A stretch of DNA of 47,480 nt from the IMG/VR virus record IMGVR_UViG_3300037962_000579, positions 1 through 47,480 of that record, one strand, 5' to 3'. Below, piece by piece: positions 1-8,437 of the stretch. The notes under the pieces are model-generated. The model searched no databases. It saw only the letters and a list, made by a program, of their open reading frames with translations, and was not told the origin of the DNA. This DNA is from a virus (taxonomy: Duplodnaviria; Caudoviricetes). Both the position numbers and the translations under genes were made by a program. The stretch's first letter is position 1. Every line of letters begins with the position of its first letter.

Positions 1-135
1 GTAAACAAAGTTTACCTCGGTAATGTTCAAGTTGTTTGGACAAATGGTGATAATGTTGCAGCTGCACCAAGAGATGGCGAGCAAATCAAACAACCACAAC
101 CAATTAAAACAGTAGAAGAAGATTTACCTTTTTAA
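1..135 (+). CDS. Partial (3' end) probable single-stranded DNA-binding protein
   Basis: Frame 1 reads ...KVYLGNVQVVWTNG...KTVEEDLPF*; acidic DLPF tail is typical of SSBs; lies just upstream of primase-helicase. Confidence 0.55.
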   Translation, partial: VNKVYLGNVQVVWTNGDNVAAAPRDGEQIKQPQPIKTVEEDLPF

Positions 136-142
136 ATAAGCA

Positions 143-1867
143 ATGCAAGTAAATAGTACGGAGATCAATGGATTTTTGATTGACCAGTTTAATCAATATG
201 GATTAGATGTAGGTAGCACACAAGGGGTTTGTCCTAATTCTACCTCATGTAGACAACCTAAGAATCATAAAAAGCAATGCGCTAGCTATGATTGGGAACG
301 TGGTCTTGGTACTTGCCACAATTGCAGCCGCACTTTTCAACTACATACATATCAACGCAAAGGAGCTAGTGAAAAGGTTTATAAGAGACCTGAAACACCT
401 GAATCGATTATACAAGTTGATACTAAAATAAAAAAGTGGTTTGAATCGCGTGGTATATCAGAGCAAACACTTAAGGCTCTCAAAGTTACTGAGGGCCCCG
501 AGTGGATGCCGCAAACCGGTAAGACCGAGAATACCATACAATTTAATTATTATATGGGCGACCAATTAATTAATGTAAAATATAGAGATGGTCGTAAGAA
601 TTTTAAATTATATAAAGGCGCAGAAAAAGTTTTCTATAATATTAATAATATAGTTGGACACAAAGATTGTATTATTGTTGAAGGTGAAATGGACGCGCTT
701 TCTTTATATGAAGCTGGTATTGAGAACGTTGTATCTGTTCCAAATGGTGCAACCCTTAATACTAATAACTTAGATTATTTAGATAATTGCATAGATTATT
801 TTACTGATAAAGAAAAAATAATTATTGCTGTTGATAAAGACGAAGCTGGACAAGCATTACAAACCGAGTTAATTAGAAGATTAGGCGCGGAAATATGTTT
901 TTTAATAAACTTTGAAGATTGCAAAGATGCTAATGAATATTTAGTTAAATATGGAAAAGATGATTTAATTAAATGTGTTGCTGCTGCTAAACCCGTACCT
1001 TTAGAAAATGTTACAACTTTTAAAGACATAGAAGATGAAATTACAGATTTTGTTAAAAACGGTTTTAAACAAGGGTACCAAGTTGGGTTATCAAATTTTG
1101 ATGAGATATTTTCTACGTATACTGGACAGTTTATTACTGTTACTGGTATTCCTAGTAGTGGTAAGTCTGATTTCGTCGATCAAATGGTAGTTGGGTATAA
1201 TAAAAATTATAATTGGAAAACTGCTTTTGCATCACCGGAAAACGCACCAACATATTTACACGCACATAAACTTATGCGTAAAGTATGGCAAGATATGCCC
1301 AGCCGCTCTGATATAGGAACTGATAAATGGAAACAAGTAGCAGAACATGTAAATGATAACTTTTTCTTTATAGATATGGAACGCTACACATTAGAAGCAG
1401 TTCTTAGAAAAGGCGCTGAACTTGTAAAGCGTAAAGGAATTAAATGTTTAGTTATAGACCCGTTTAATAAAATACGAGATACAGATTGTAAAAGTGAAGA
1501 TGTTAATAGATATACTATGGAATATCTTACAAAAATTGAAATGTTTGCAAAAAAGTATGATGTATTAGTTTTTATAGTTGCTCACCCTACAAAAATGTAT
1601 AAAGACAAAGATGGTCAAATTGAAGAGCCAACTATGTATAATATTAAAGGTGGCGGTGAGTGGTATGATGCGAGTTATCATGGTATATTAATACATAGAA
1701 ACTACGAACAAAAAACAGTAAAAGCAAAAATATTAAAAGTTAAGTTTCAAAACTTAGGTGAAAACGGTGCTGAAGCACATTTTAAATGGGAACCCCGTTC
1801 CGGATGTTTTGTTCCACATTTAAGTGTTGTTCCAGACGAAGAACCATTACCATGGGAATCGGTTTAA
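143..1867 (+). CDS. T7 gp4/Twinkle-like DNA primase-helicase
   Basis: N-terminal Cys Zn domain (CPNSTSC...CHNC), TOPRIM (VEGEMDALS, DKDEAG), SF4 Walker A GIPSSGKS, Walker B LVIDP. Confidence 0.92.
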   Translation: MQVNSTEINGFLIDQFNQYGLDVGSTQGVCPNSTSCRQPKNHKKQCASYDWERGLGTCHNCSRTFQLHTYQRKGASEKVYKRPETPESIIQVDTKIKKWFESRGISEQTLKALKVTEGPEWMPQTGKTENTIQFNYYMGDQLINVKYRDGRKNFKLYKGAEKVFYNINNIVGHKDCIIVEGEMDALSLYEAGIENVVSVPNGATLNTNNLDYLDNCIDYFTDKEKIIIAVDKDEAGQALQTELIRRLGAEICFLINFEDCKDANEYLVKYGKDDLIKCVAAAKPVPLENVTTFKDIEDEITDFVKNGFKQGYQVGLSNFDEIFSTYTGQFITVTGIPSSGKSDFVDQMVVGYNKNYNWKTAFASPENAPTYLHAHKLMRKVWQDMPSRSDIGTDKWKQVAEHVNDNFFFIDMERYTLEAVLRKGAELVKRKGIKCLVIDPFNKIRDTDCKSEDVNRYTMEYLTKIEMFAKKYDVLVFIVAHPTKMYKDKDGQIEEPTMYNIKGGGEWYDASYHGILIHRNYEQKTVKAKILKVKFQNLGENGAEAHFKWEPRSGCFVPHLSVVPDEEPLPWESV

Positions 1868-2133
1868 AAAAAAGAAAAGGATACAAACCCATGCCGGGAT
1901 ATAACAAAAGCGAATTAGAAAGCAAAGCATATCTTTGGTGTATAAAAAATAATATTAAAATATCACCTTTTGCGGTATTAAAAAGTAACCCGCGTACGTG
2001 GTGGGTAGATGTTGAAACTAATGGCAAAGTAAAAAGAAGTCCATATAAATACGATGAAAATCAAATATGGCCTAAAATTTTTGAACTATATGCCTTTTAT
2101 TATAAAAAATATGGACTACGAAAAACAGTATAG
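1852..2133 (+). CDS. Hypothetical protein (~93 aa)
   Basis: Fills the gap between primase-helicase and thyA with short overlaps; start placed at the ATG at 1852. Confidence 0.65.
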   Translation: MGIGLKKRKGYKPMPGYNKSELESKAYLWCIKNNIKISPFAVLKSNPRTWWVDVETNGKVKRSPYKYDENQIWPKIFELYAFYYKKYGLRKTV

Positions 2134-2878
2134 AAATATATTAAATAATATAACAACCTACGGTAAATATAAAAAAGATAGAACCGGTGTTGGTTGTCAT
2201 TCATTATTTAATCAAAGTATTAATATTAGTGTAGAAAAATATTTTCCTATATTAACTGGAAGAAAAATGTTTTGTAAAATATTTAATACAGAATTTAAAT
2301 GGTTTATTAGTGGCGAAACTAATATTGAAATGTTTAAAGAAAATAATATAAAAATTTGGAACGAATGGGCTGACGAAAATGGCGATTTAGGACCAGTTTA
2401 TGGATTTCAGCTTAGAAATTATAATGGCAAAGGTTTAGACCAATTAAAAGCTATTATAAACAGCTTAAAACAAGAACCCGAAAGCCGCAGACATATTATA
2501 ACATTGTGGAACCCTTTGCAAACGCATTTAATGGCATTACCACCTTGTTATTTATATTTTCAATTTTTTGTAGATGGAAATAAATTAAATATGTTTGTGG
2601 TGCAAAGGTCGGGTGATATGTTTTTAGGTGTGCCATATGACATGGCATTATTTACAACGGTATTAAATTATATTTGTTATAAAACAAATTATACACCAGG
2701 TAAATTAAATGTTAATATTATAGATGCTCATATTTATGTTAATCATAAAAATGCAGTTGATATGTATAGATTAGAAAAAACTTTTATATTGCCTGAATAT
2801 AAATTTAATATTGAAGAAGGAGTGGAACTAACTAATTATCAATGCGGTAAGAATATAACCGCTCCAGTAGCAGTATAG
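2111..2878 (+). CDS. thyA: Thymidylate synthase ThyA
   Basis: DRTGVG, LGPVYGFQ, SRRHI, MALPPC, QRSGDMFLGVP, DAHIY motifs; probable start at the ATG at 2111. Confidence 0.95.
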   Translation: MDYEKQYRNILNNITTYGKYKKDRTGVGCHSLFNQSINISVEKYFPILTGRKMFCKIFNTEFKWFISGETNIEMFKENNIKIWNEWADENGDLGPVYGFQLRNYNGKGLDQLKAIINSLKQEPESRRHIITLWNPLQTHLMALPPCYLYFQFFVDGNKLNMFVVQRSGDMFLGVPYDMALFTTVLNYICYKTNYTPGKLNVNIIDAHIYVNHKNAVDMYRLEKTFILPEYKFNIEEGVELTNYQCGKNITAPVAV

Positions 2879-2881
2879 CTT

Positions 2882-3625
2882 ATGTATTTTTTATATCACA
2901 TACCCGGTAAAAAAATAGGTGTAACGCGTAATCTTTTTATTCGCGTTACTAAACAACAAGGCTATAAACAAAATGAATATGAAGTTCTTGAACAAAGTGA
3001 TGATATAGATTATATATCAAAACGAGAAATAGAACTTCAAAAACAATATGGGTATAGAAAAGATAATAAATTATATAAACAATTATTTAAAATGAAATTT
3101 AATGTAACGGAACAAACAACAACATTCCCTTGTCCTAAAAATAAATTAAAAGGCAACTTAATGGATAATATAGGACTTACGTGGACTACTCAATTTGGTG
3201 AGCACGTAATATCACACAAAAACATACTTTGGATACAAAAAAATTCTTTTACTTCTATGTATGACCCTAATAGATGCTTTATATATAATAAAGCTTTTTA
3301 TGAAGAAACACAAAATGAATGTATAGATATTACTTTTGATCAAATACGGCAATGGGCTGAAAAAAGAGGTATATTAGATGAAGGAGATATAAAAACACAA
3401 TATGTTAAACTACAAGAAGAAATCGGTGAACTCGCGCAAGCAATTTTACAAGATAGAAAAGCGGATATTATTGATGCTATTGGTGATGCCGTTGTGGTAC
3501 TTGCCAATCTTGCCTCTATGGCTGGTACAAATATTGAGCATTGTATTAATACTGCTTATAGCGAAATCAGCAATAGAACTGGAAATATGGTAAATGGAAC
3601 ATTTGTAAAAGACACAAAAGAATGA
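2882..3625 (+). CDS. MazG-like NTP pyrophosphohydrolase with N-terminal GIY-YIG-like extension
   Basis: C-terminal KLQEEIGELA...DAIGD MazG acidic motif; N-terminal YFLYHI..KIGVT.NL..R...RE pattern. Confidence 0.75.
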   Translation: MYFLYHIPGKKIGVTRNLFIRVTKQQGYKQNEYEVLEQSDDIDYISKREIELQKQYGYRKDNKLYKQLFKMKFNVTEQTTTFPCPKNKLKGNLMDNIGLTWTTQFGEHVISHKNILWIQKNSFTSMYDPNRCFIYNKAFYEETQNECIDITFDQIRQWAEKRGILDEGDIKTQYVKLQEEIGELAQAILQDRKADIIDAIGDAVVVLANLASMAGTNIEHCINTAYSEISNRTGNMVNGTFVKDTKE

Positions 3626-3840
3626 GAGACCCGATAATACAAAACGTAATACAAAAAATAAAACAACGTTCAGATGTTGGCTTTGCTAAATATAAAGTAA
3701 CATTAGATAACGATAATCAATCACTTGATAAATGGCTAGAACATTTACAAGAAGAACTTATGGACGCTGTTAATTATATTGAAAAAGTGCGTTCAATACT
3801 TCCTAAAAATATAGAAGTAAATGAACCGGAAGAAATATAA
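3622..3840 (+). CDS. Small helical phage protein (possible all-alpha NTP pyrophosphatase-like)
   Basis: RSDVGFAKY...WLEHLQEELMDAVNY motif; ATGA overlap with the upstream gene. Confidence 0.6.
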   Translation: MRDPIIQNVIQKIKQRSDVGFAKYKVTLDNDNQSLDKWLEHLQEELMDAVNYIEKVRSILPKNIEVNEPEEI

Positions 3841-4273
3841 AAAAAAGAAAGGTCCGGTTAGAGCAAAAAAAGTAATATATGATGGTATTAATTTTGCTTC
3901 AGGACTTGAAAAATATATGTATGTAGCTTTAAAAAAAGCTAAAATTAAAGCAGAATATGAAGGTGAAACATTTATATTAATAGAAAGCTTTAAGTTATTA
4001 AATGAAAGTTATGAAAGATGCGCTAATGGAAAGGGTGATTTTATTAATAGAGGTAATAAAAAAATATTACCTATTAAATATACACCAGACTTTATTGGCA
4101 AAGATTTTATTATTGAATGTAAAGGCAGAGCTAATGAGTCCTTTCCTATACGCTGGAAGTTATTTAAAAGGCTTATGTCACAAATAAATTCTAAAGTTGT
4201 TTTATATAAACCTCAAAATCAGTCGGAATGCGACAAAGTAATAGAGTCAATACAGACCTTGCGAAAAAAATAG
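3821..4273 (+). CDS. T7 endonuclease I-like Holliday junction resolvase
   Basis: FASGLE, EYE, YTPDF, IIECKG PD-(D/E)xK motifs. Confidence 0.75.
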   Translation: MNRKKYKKKKGPVRAKKVIYDGINFASGLEKYMYVALKKAKIKAEYEGETFILIESFKLLNESYERCANGKGDFINRGNKKILPIKYTPDFIGKDFIIECKGRANESFPIRWKLFKRLMSQINSKVVLYKPQNQSECDKVIESIQTLRKK

Positions 4274-4401
4274 CAAGACAAAAATATAAAGAAAGACAAA
4301 TTAATAAATATATTAAATGGTCAATCGAACAAAGAGGTTGCATAAAATATAAAGATATTGTAAAACAACATAATAATTTTAATATAAACGTATATGGCTA
4401 A
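4228..4401 (+). CDS. Hypothetical protein (57 aa), not in ORF track
   Basis: MRQSNRVNTDLAKKIARQKYKERQINKYIKWSIEQRG...; part of a chain of overlapping small ORFs. Confidence 0.5.
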   Translation: MRQSNRVNTDLAKKIARQKYKERQINKYIKWSIEQRGCIKYKDIVKQHNNFNINVYG

Positions 4402-4528
4402 ACAAAAATCATTTAATTATATATTTAAAACCAAAAAAAAAAGACCGGGCATTCATGCTAAGTCTAAATCTAGTAATTTAAAAAAAAGTAAAAACTATGT
4501 CAAAAAATACAGAGGCCAAGGCAAATAA
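4394..4528 (+). CDS. Small basic protein ending KKYRGQGK (44 aa)
   Basis: MAKQKSFNYIFKTKKKRPGIHAKSKSSNLKKSKNYVKKYRGQGK; the YRGQG terminus is recalled from small marine-phage proteins. Confidence 0.6.
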   Translation: MAKQKSFNYIFKTKKKRPGIHAKSKSSNLKKSKNYVKKYRGQGK

Positions 4529-4658
4529 AGCTTGGTCAATAAGTCTTGGTATGTACCCAGGAATATTATTTGGAGTACGCACGTATGATAATGAAAATTA
4601 CATGCAATATGTATTATATTTGCCTTTAATAGACGTTTCAATTGAAATACAAAAATAA
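4497..4658 (+). CDS. Hypothetical protein (53 aa)
   Basis: MSKNTEAKANKAWSISLGMYPGILFGVRTY...YVLYLPLIDVSIEIQK; TAATG coupling to nrdB. Confidence 0.55.
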   Translation: MSKNTEAKANKAWSISLGMYPGILFGVRTYDNENYMQYVLYLPLIDVSIEIQK

Positions 4659-5617
4659 TGGGATTATTTGATAAAAGAATAGCATATAAACCATTTGAAT
4701 ATAGAGATTATTATACAGAAGGGTGGTTAAAACAGGCACAAGCTTTTTGGTTGCATACTGAAATACCTATGCAAGGCGATATTAAGGATTGGAAAGAAAA
4801 GCTAAATGAAAAAGAAAAAAATCTTGTTGGAAATATATTATTAGGTTTTGCGCAAACGGAATGTGCAGTTTCAGACTATTGGACACAAAATGTAGTATCG
4901 TGGTTTCCAAAACACGAAATACAACAAATGGCTATGATGTTTGGTTCTCAAGAAACAATTCACGCAGTTGCATATAGTTATTTAAATGAAACATTAGGAT
5001 TAGAAAATTTCGAAGCGTTTTTGCATGAGCCAGCGACAGCAGATAGATTTGATAATTTAGTTGCTTACGAAGGTAAAGACCCTATAGGTATAGGTAAATC
5101 ATTAGCTGTTTTTTCTGCATTTGCGGAAGGTGTTAGCTTATATTCTGCTTTTGCAGTATTATATAGTTTTCAAATGCGTAATTTATTAAAAGGTATTGGA
5201 CAACAAATGAAATGGAGTGTTCGCGACGAATCGCTTCATAGCAAAATGGGTTGTAAACTTTTTAAAGATATGTGTAAAGAAATACCAGATTTAAAAGCAA
5301 AATGTGAAGAGCATATTATTAATGCTGCAAAAACAATGGTAGAACTAGAAGAAAAATATATTGATAAAATGTTTGAGTTAGGCGATATAGAAAATTTAAA
5401 ATCATATGACTTAAAACAATTTATAAGAAAAAGAGCTAATGAAAAACTTATTGAACTTGGTTACCTCGAAATTTTCCACTATGACAAGGAAGCAGCGAAT
5501 AATCTTAATTGGTTCTATCATCTTACTGGGGGTCACACTCACACTGACTTTTTTGCGATTAGGCCAACTGACTATAGTAAAGCAAATGAAGGCGAAAATT
5601 TTGAAGACATATGGTGA
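4658..5617 (+). CDS. nrdB: Class I ribonucleotide reductase beta subunit
   Basis: Ferritin-like ligands QTE, QETIH..AY, AEG, RDESLH; C-terminal DFFA..PTDY. Confidence 0.93.
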   Translation: MGLFDKRIAYKPFEYRDYYTEGWLKQAQAFWLHTEIPMQGDIKDWKEKLNEKEKNLVGNILLGFAQTECAVSDYWTQNVVSWFPKHEIQQMAMMFGSQETIHAVAYSYLNETLGLENFEAFLHEPATADRFDNLVAYEGKDPIGIGKSLAVFSAFAEGVSLYSAFAVLYSFQMRNLLKGIGQQMKWSVRDESLHSKMGCKLFKDMCKEIPDLKAKCEEHIINAAKTMVELEEKYIDKMFELGDIENLKSYDLKQFIRKRANEKLIELGYLEIFHYDKEAANNLNWFYHLTGGHTHTDFFAIRPTDYSKANEGENFEDIW

Positions 5618-5886
5618 TGAATACAAAAAGAAAAATAAAATTTAATATTATAAAGTTTTTAAGATATACTAATAGACTTACTGCTTGGCAAAAAGTTGCA
5701 TCTCGAATAGGATATATGGGTGCAGGATTTTTAATAGCAGCACAGTGGACTATAGAACCTATATTATACATTTTAGGTTTTACATGTGTTATAGTGCAAG
5801 TATCTTCTCGTAAACAATGGAACTTAGTTGCATTAAATTTTAATGGTCTTTTTGCATGGATAAAACATTTTATTACTAATTTATAA
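5617..5886 (+). CDS. Small integral membrane protein between nrdB and nrdA
   Basis: Two to three hydrophobic segments; TGATG and TAATG overlaps with nrdB and nrdA. Confidence 0.6.
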   Translation: MNTKRKIKFNIIKFLRYTNRLTAWQKVASRIGYMGAGFLIAAQWTIEPILYILGFTCVIVQVSSRKQWNLVALNFNGLFAWIKHFITNL

Positions 5887-7652
5887 TGTGGAATAACGAT
5901 TGGAAAAAAGGTATTGACTATCCTATATGGGGTGATACTGATGTTTATAAAAAAACTATTGCGGGAGGATACTTATTTAATGGTGAATCTCCTCGCGATG
6001 CTTATATGCGTGTTGCTAAAACTGTATCAAGGCGTTTATATAAACCAGAATTAACTAAAATATTTTTTGAGTATATTTGGAAGGGCTGGCTAAATTTAGC
6101 GTCTCCTGTGTTGTCTAATACAGGCACAGACCGAGGTTTACCTATTAGTTGTTTTGGTATTGATGTTGGTGATAGCATAACTGATATTGGAACTAAAAAT
6201 TTAGAAATGATGTTACTAGCTAAACACGGCGGGGGAGTTGGTATCGGAATAAATATGATTCGTCCTGCCGGAGCAAAAATTACAGGAAATGGAACATCAG
6301 ACGGAGTCGTACCATTCTGCAAGATCTATGATTCAACAATCCTTGCTACAAATCAAGGATCAGTTAGACGCGGAGCTGCATCGGTCAATATCAACATTGA
6401 ACACGACGATTTTGAAGAGTGGCTTGAAATACGAGAACCTAAAGGAGACGTTAACAGACAATCACTTAACCTACATCAATGCGCAGTTGTTGGTGATAAG
6501 TTTATGCGAAAACTTGAGCAAGGAGATAAAGAAGCGCGAACTAAATGGAGTAAACTGCTTAGAAAGCGAAAGTCAACTGGAGAACCGTATATTCTCTTTA
6601 AAGGAAATACTAACAAATACAATCCGCAAGCATACAAAGAAAATGCATTAAAAGTACATATGACAAATATATGCAGTGAAATAGTATTGCATACAGATGA
6701 GTCGCATAGTTTTGTTTGTTGCTTATCATCATTAAATTTATCAAAATATGAAGAATGGAAAAATACAAACCTTATTTATGACGCTATATGGTTTCTTGAT
6801 GGCGTACTTGAAGAGTTTTTACAAAAAGCTAAAGGGCTTAAGGGGTTTGGTAATGCCGTTAGGTCTGCAGAAAAAGGGCGTGCTTTGGGCTTGGGTGTTC
6901 TTGGTTGGCACACTTACTTACAGCAAAACGGTATACCTTTCGAAAGCTTACAGGCACAGTTTGAAACGAGACGTATTTTTTCACAAATTAAAATTGAATC
7001 TGAACGCGCTAGTAGAGCGCTTGCAGAAGTTTATGGAGAACCTTTGTGGTGTCGTGGAAGTGGTTTACGTAATACTCACTTACGTGCTATTGCCCCTACT
7101 GTTAGTAATAGTAAGCTTAGTGGAAATATATCACCGGGTATTGAACCGTGGGCGGCAAATGTGTTTACAGAGCAAAGCGCAAAAGGAACATTTATAAGAA
7201 AGAATAAAGAACTTATTAAAGTTTTAAGAAAAGTTGGAATTAATAATCAAGAAACGTGGGATAAAATATTATCAGATGGCGGGAGCGTCCAAGATATAAA
7301 AGAGCTCGATGATTGGGCTTATATAAATAAAAAACTTGTAAAATTATCAGAACAAGAAAATATTGAAAATGAAAGTTATGATAAAGTAAAGAATGTGTTT
7401 AAAACATTTAAAGAAATAAACCAATTAGAATTAGTAAATCAAGCTGGTATTAGACAGCAATATATTGATCAATCGGTTAGTCTTAATTTAGCTTTTCCTT
7501 CAGAAGCTACACCTAAATGGATAAATCAAGTACACTTAGAAGCCTGGAAAAAAGGGATAAAAACATTGTATTATATGCGTACAGAATCTGTATTAAGAGG
7601 AGATATAGCCGCTAAAGCTATGAGTCCGGATTGTATAAGTTGCGACGGCTAA
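5886..7652 (+). CDS. nrdA: Class I ribonucleotide reductase alpha subunit (no ATP cone)
   Basis: ASPVLSN, ISCF, GGGVG, TNICSEI, VCCLSS, APTVS, KTLYY, C-terminal CISC. Confidence 0.95.
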   Translation: MWNNDWKKGIDYPIWGDTDVYKKTIAGGYLFNGESPRDAYMRVAKTVSRRLYKPELTKIFFEYIWKGWLNLASPVLSNTGTDRGLPISCFGIDVGDSITDIGTKNLEMMLLAKHGGGVGIGINMIRPAGAKITGNGTSDGVVPFCKIYDSTILATNQGSVRRGAASVNINIEHDDFEEWLEIREPKGDVNRQSLNLHQCAVVGDKFMRKLEQGDKEARTKWSKLLRKRKSTGEPYILFKGNTNKYNPQAYKENALKVHMTNICSEIVLHTDESHSFVCCLSSLNLSKYEEWKNTNLIYDAIWFLDGVLEEFLQKAKGLKGFGNAVRSAEKGRALGLGVLGWHTYLQQNGIPFESLQAQFETRRIFSQIKIESERASRALAEVYGEPLWCRGSGLRNTHLRAIAPTVSNSKLSGNISPGIEPWAANVFTEQSAKGTFIRKNKELIKVLRKVGINNQETWDKILSDGGSVQDIKELDDWAYINKKLVKLSEQENIENESYDKVKNVFKTFKEINQLELVNQAGIRQQYIDQSVSLNLAFPSEATPKWINQVHLEAWKKGIKTLYYMRTESVLRGDIAAKAMSPDCISCDG

Positions 7653-7662
7653 TGCTATACAC
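7651..7662 (-). promoter_or_regulatory. GTGTATAGCATT motif at the convergence point of the two arms
   Basis: Fills the 11-nt gap between the nrdA and endolysin stops; same 12-mer at 47219-47230 (+) and 10-mer at 47471-47480 (+). Confidence 0.5.
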
Positions 7663-7663
7663 A

Positions 7664-8017
7664 TTAATACGTCCATAAAACATTAGGTGATTTATCAGGA
7701 TCAACATCTATATGAATAAATGTGCCTGCAACCCCTATACGATTAATTCCTAAATCTAAACAAATATCAATAATAGCAAAGCGGTCTTTTGAATTATTAC
7801 ATGCAATATCCACCGCTAATCCTTTTATATGAGACGATGAAGATGTGCCGCCAACATTAGCATTATGATTTTCGGTTCGGTATCCTGAATTTATTTTAAT
7901 AGGCTTATCAAATTTTTCTCTTAACTCATCTAGTTTATTTAAAAAATCTTTATCCATTAATTTTCCACTACCTACAACATCAGGTGAATCAAATTCACTA
8001 TAATTAAAATATTTCAT
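7664..8017 (-). CDS. Peptidase M15-family zinc peptidase (probable endolysin)
   Basis: INSGYR...SSHIKGLAVD...FIHID Zn ligands. Confidence 0.85.
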   Translation of the reverse strand: MKYFNYSEFDSPDVVGSGKLMDKDFLNKLDELREKFDKPIKINSGYRTENHNANVGGTSSSSHIKGLAVDIACNNSKDRFAIIDICLDLGINRIGVAGTFIHIDVDPDKSPNVLWTY

Positions 8018-8026
8018 ATTTTATTT

Positions 8027-8437
8027 TTAAAAAGCAGAAGCAGTATTTATTTCGTTTATTGCTTCTTGTATATCATTTAAATCTGCCGGTAAAGTTAAAT
8101 CTAATCCAGCTTTAAAACTTTCTTCTACACTACCTTCTTTAAATATTATAATAGTAGGTACCATACGAACTTTATATTTTTTCTTTGCTAAAGGTGCTTT
8201 TGCAATATCAACCCTATAATATTTAGCATTTTTTATTTTATTCCAATCATTAAAACAATTAGCTTCATTAAATTCAGCCCAAAATTCTACAACAATTGTT
8301 TCTAAATTATCATCACCAAAAGCAGAACTATTGCTTATTTTTTCTTCAAAATTATTATCGTCTATCCAATACTTATCTGGCACATCACTTGATGTTAAAG
8401 ATACTATTGCAATTAAAATAAATATTAAATTTTTCAT
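8027..8437 (-). CDS. Exported thioredoxin-fold protein lacking CxxC
   Basis: Signal peptide; VVEFWAEFN where WCxxC is expected; RVDI, MVPTIIIFKEG cis-Pro strand. Confidence 0.65.
   Translation of the reverse strand: MKNLIFILIAIVSLTSSDVPDKYWIDDNNFEEKISNSSAFGDDNLETIVVEFWAEFNEANCFNDWNKIKNAKYYRVDIAKAPLAKKKYKVRMVPTIIIFKEGSVEESFKAGLDLTLPADLNDIQEAINEINTASAF

Noticed and set aside
3402-3593. Hydrophobic +1-frame ORF in the MazG gene (similar case at 4002-4187)
   Set aside because: Short; hydrophobicity is expected from T-ending codons in the main frame; no independent motif
4497-4658. Suspected frameshift in the small ORF before nrdB
   Set aside because: On re-reading, the frame is continuous to the TAA overlapping the nrdB ATG
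6002-6322. Antisense 106-aa ORF in nrdA
   Set aside because: Pro-rich mirror of Gly-rich nrdA codons
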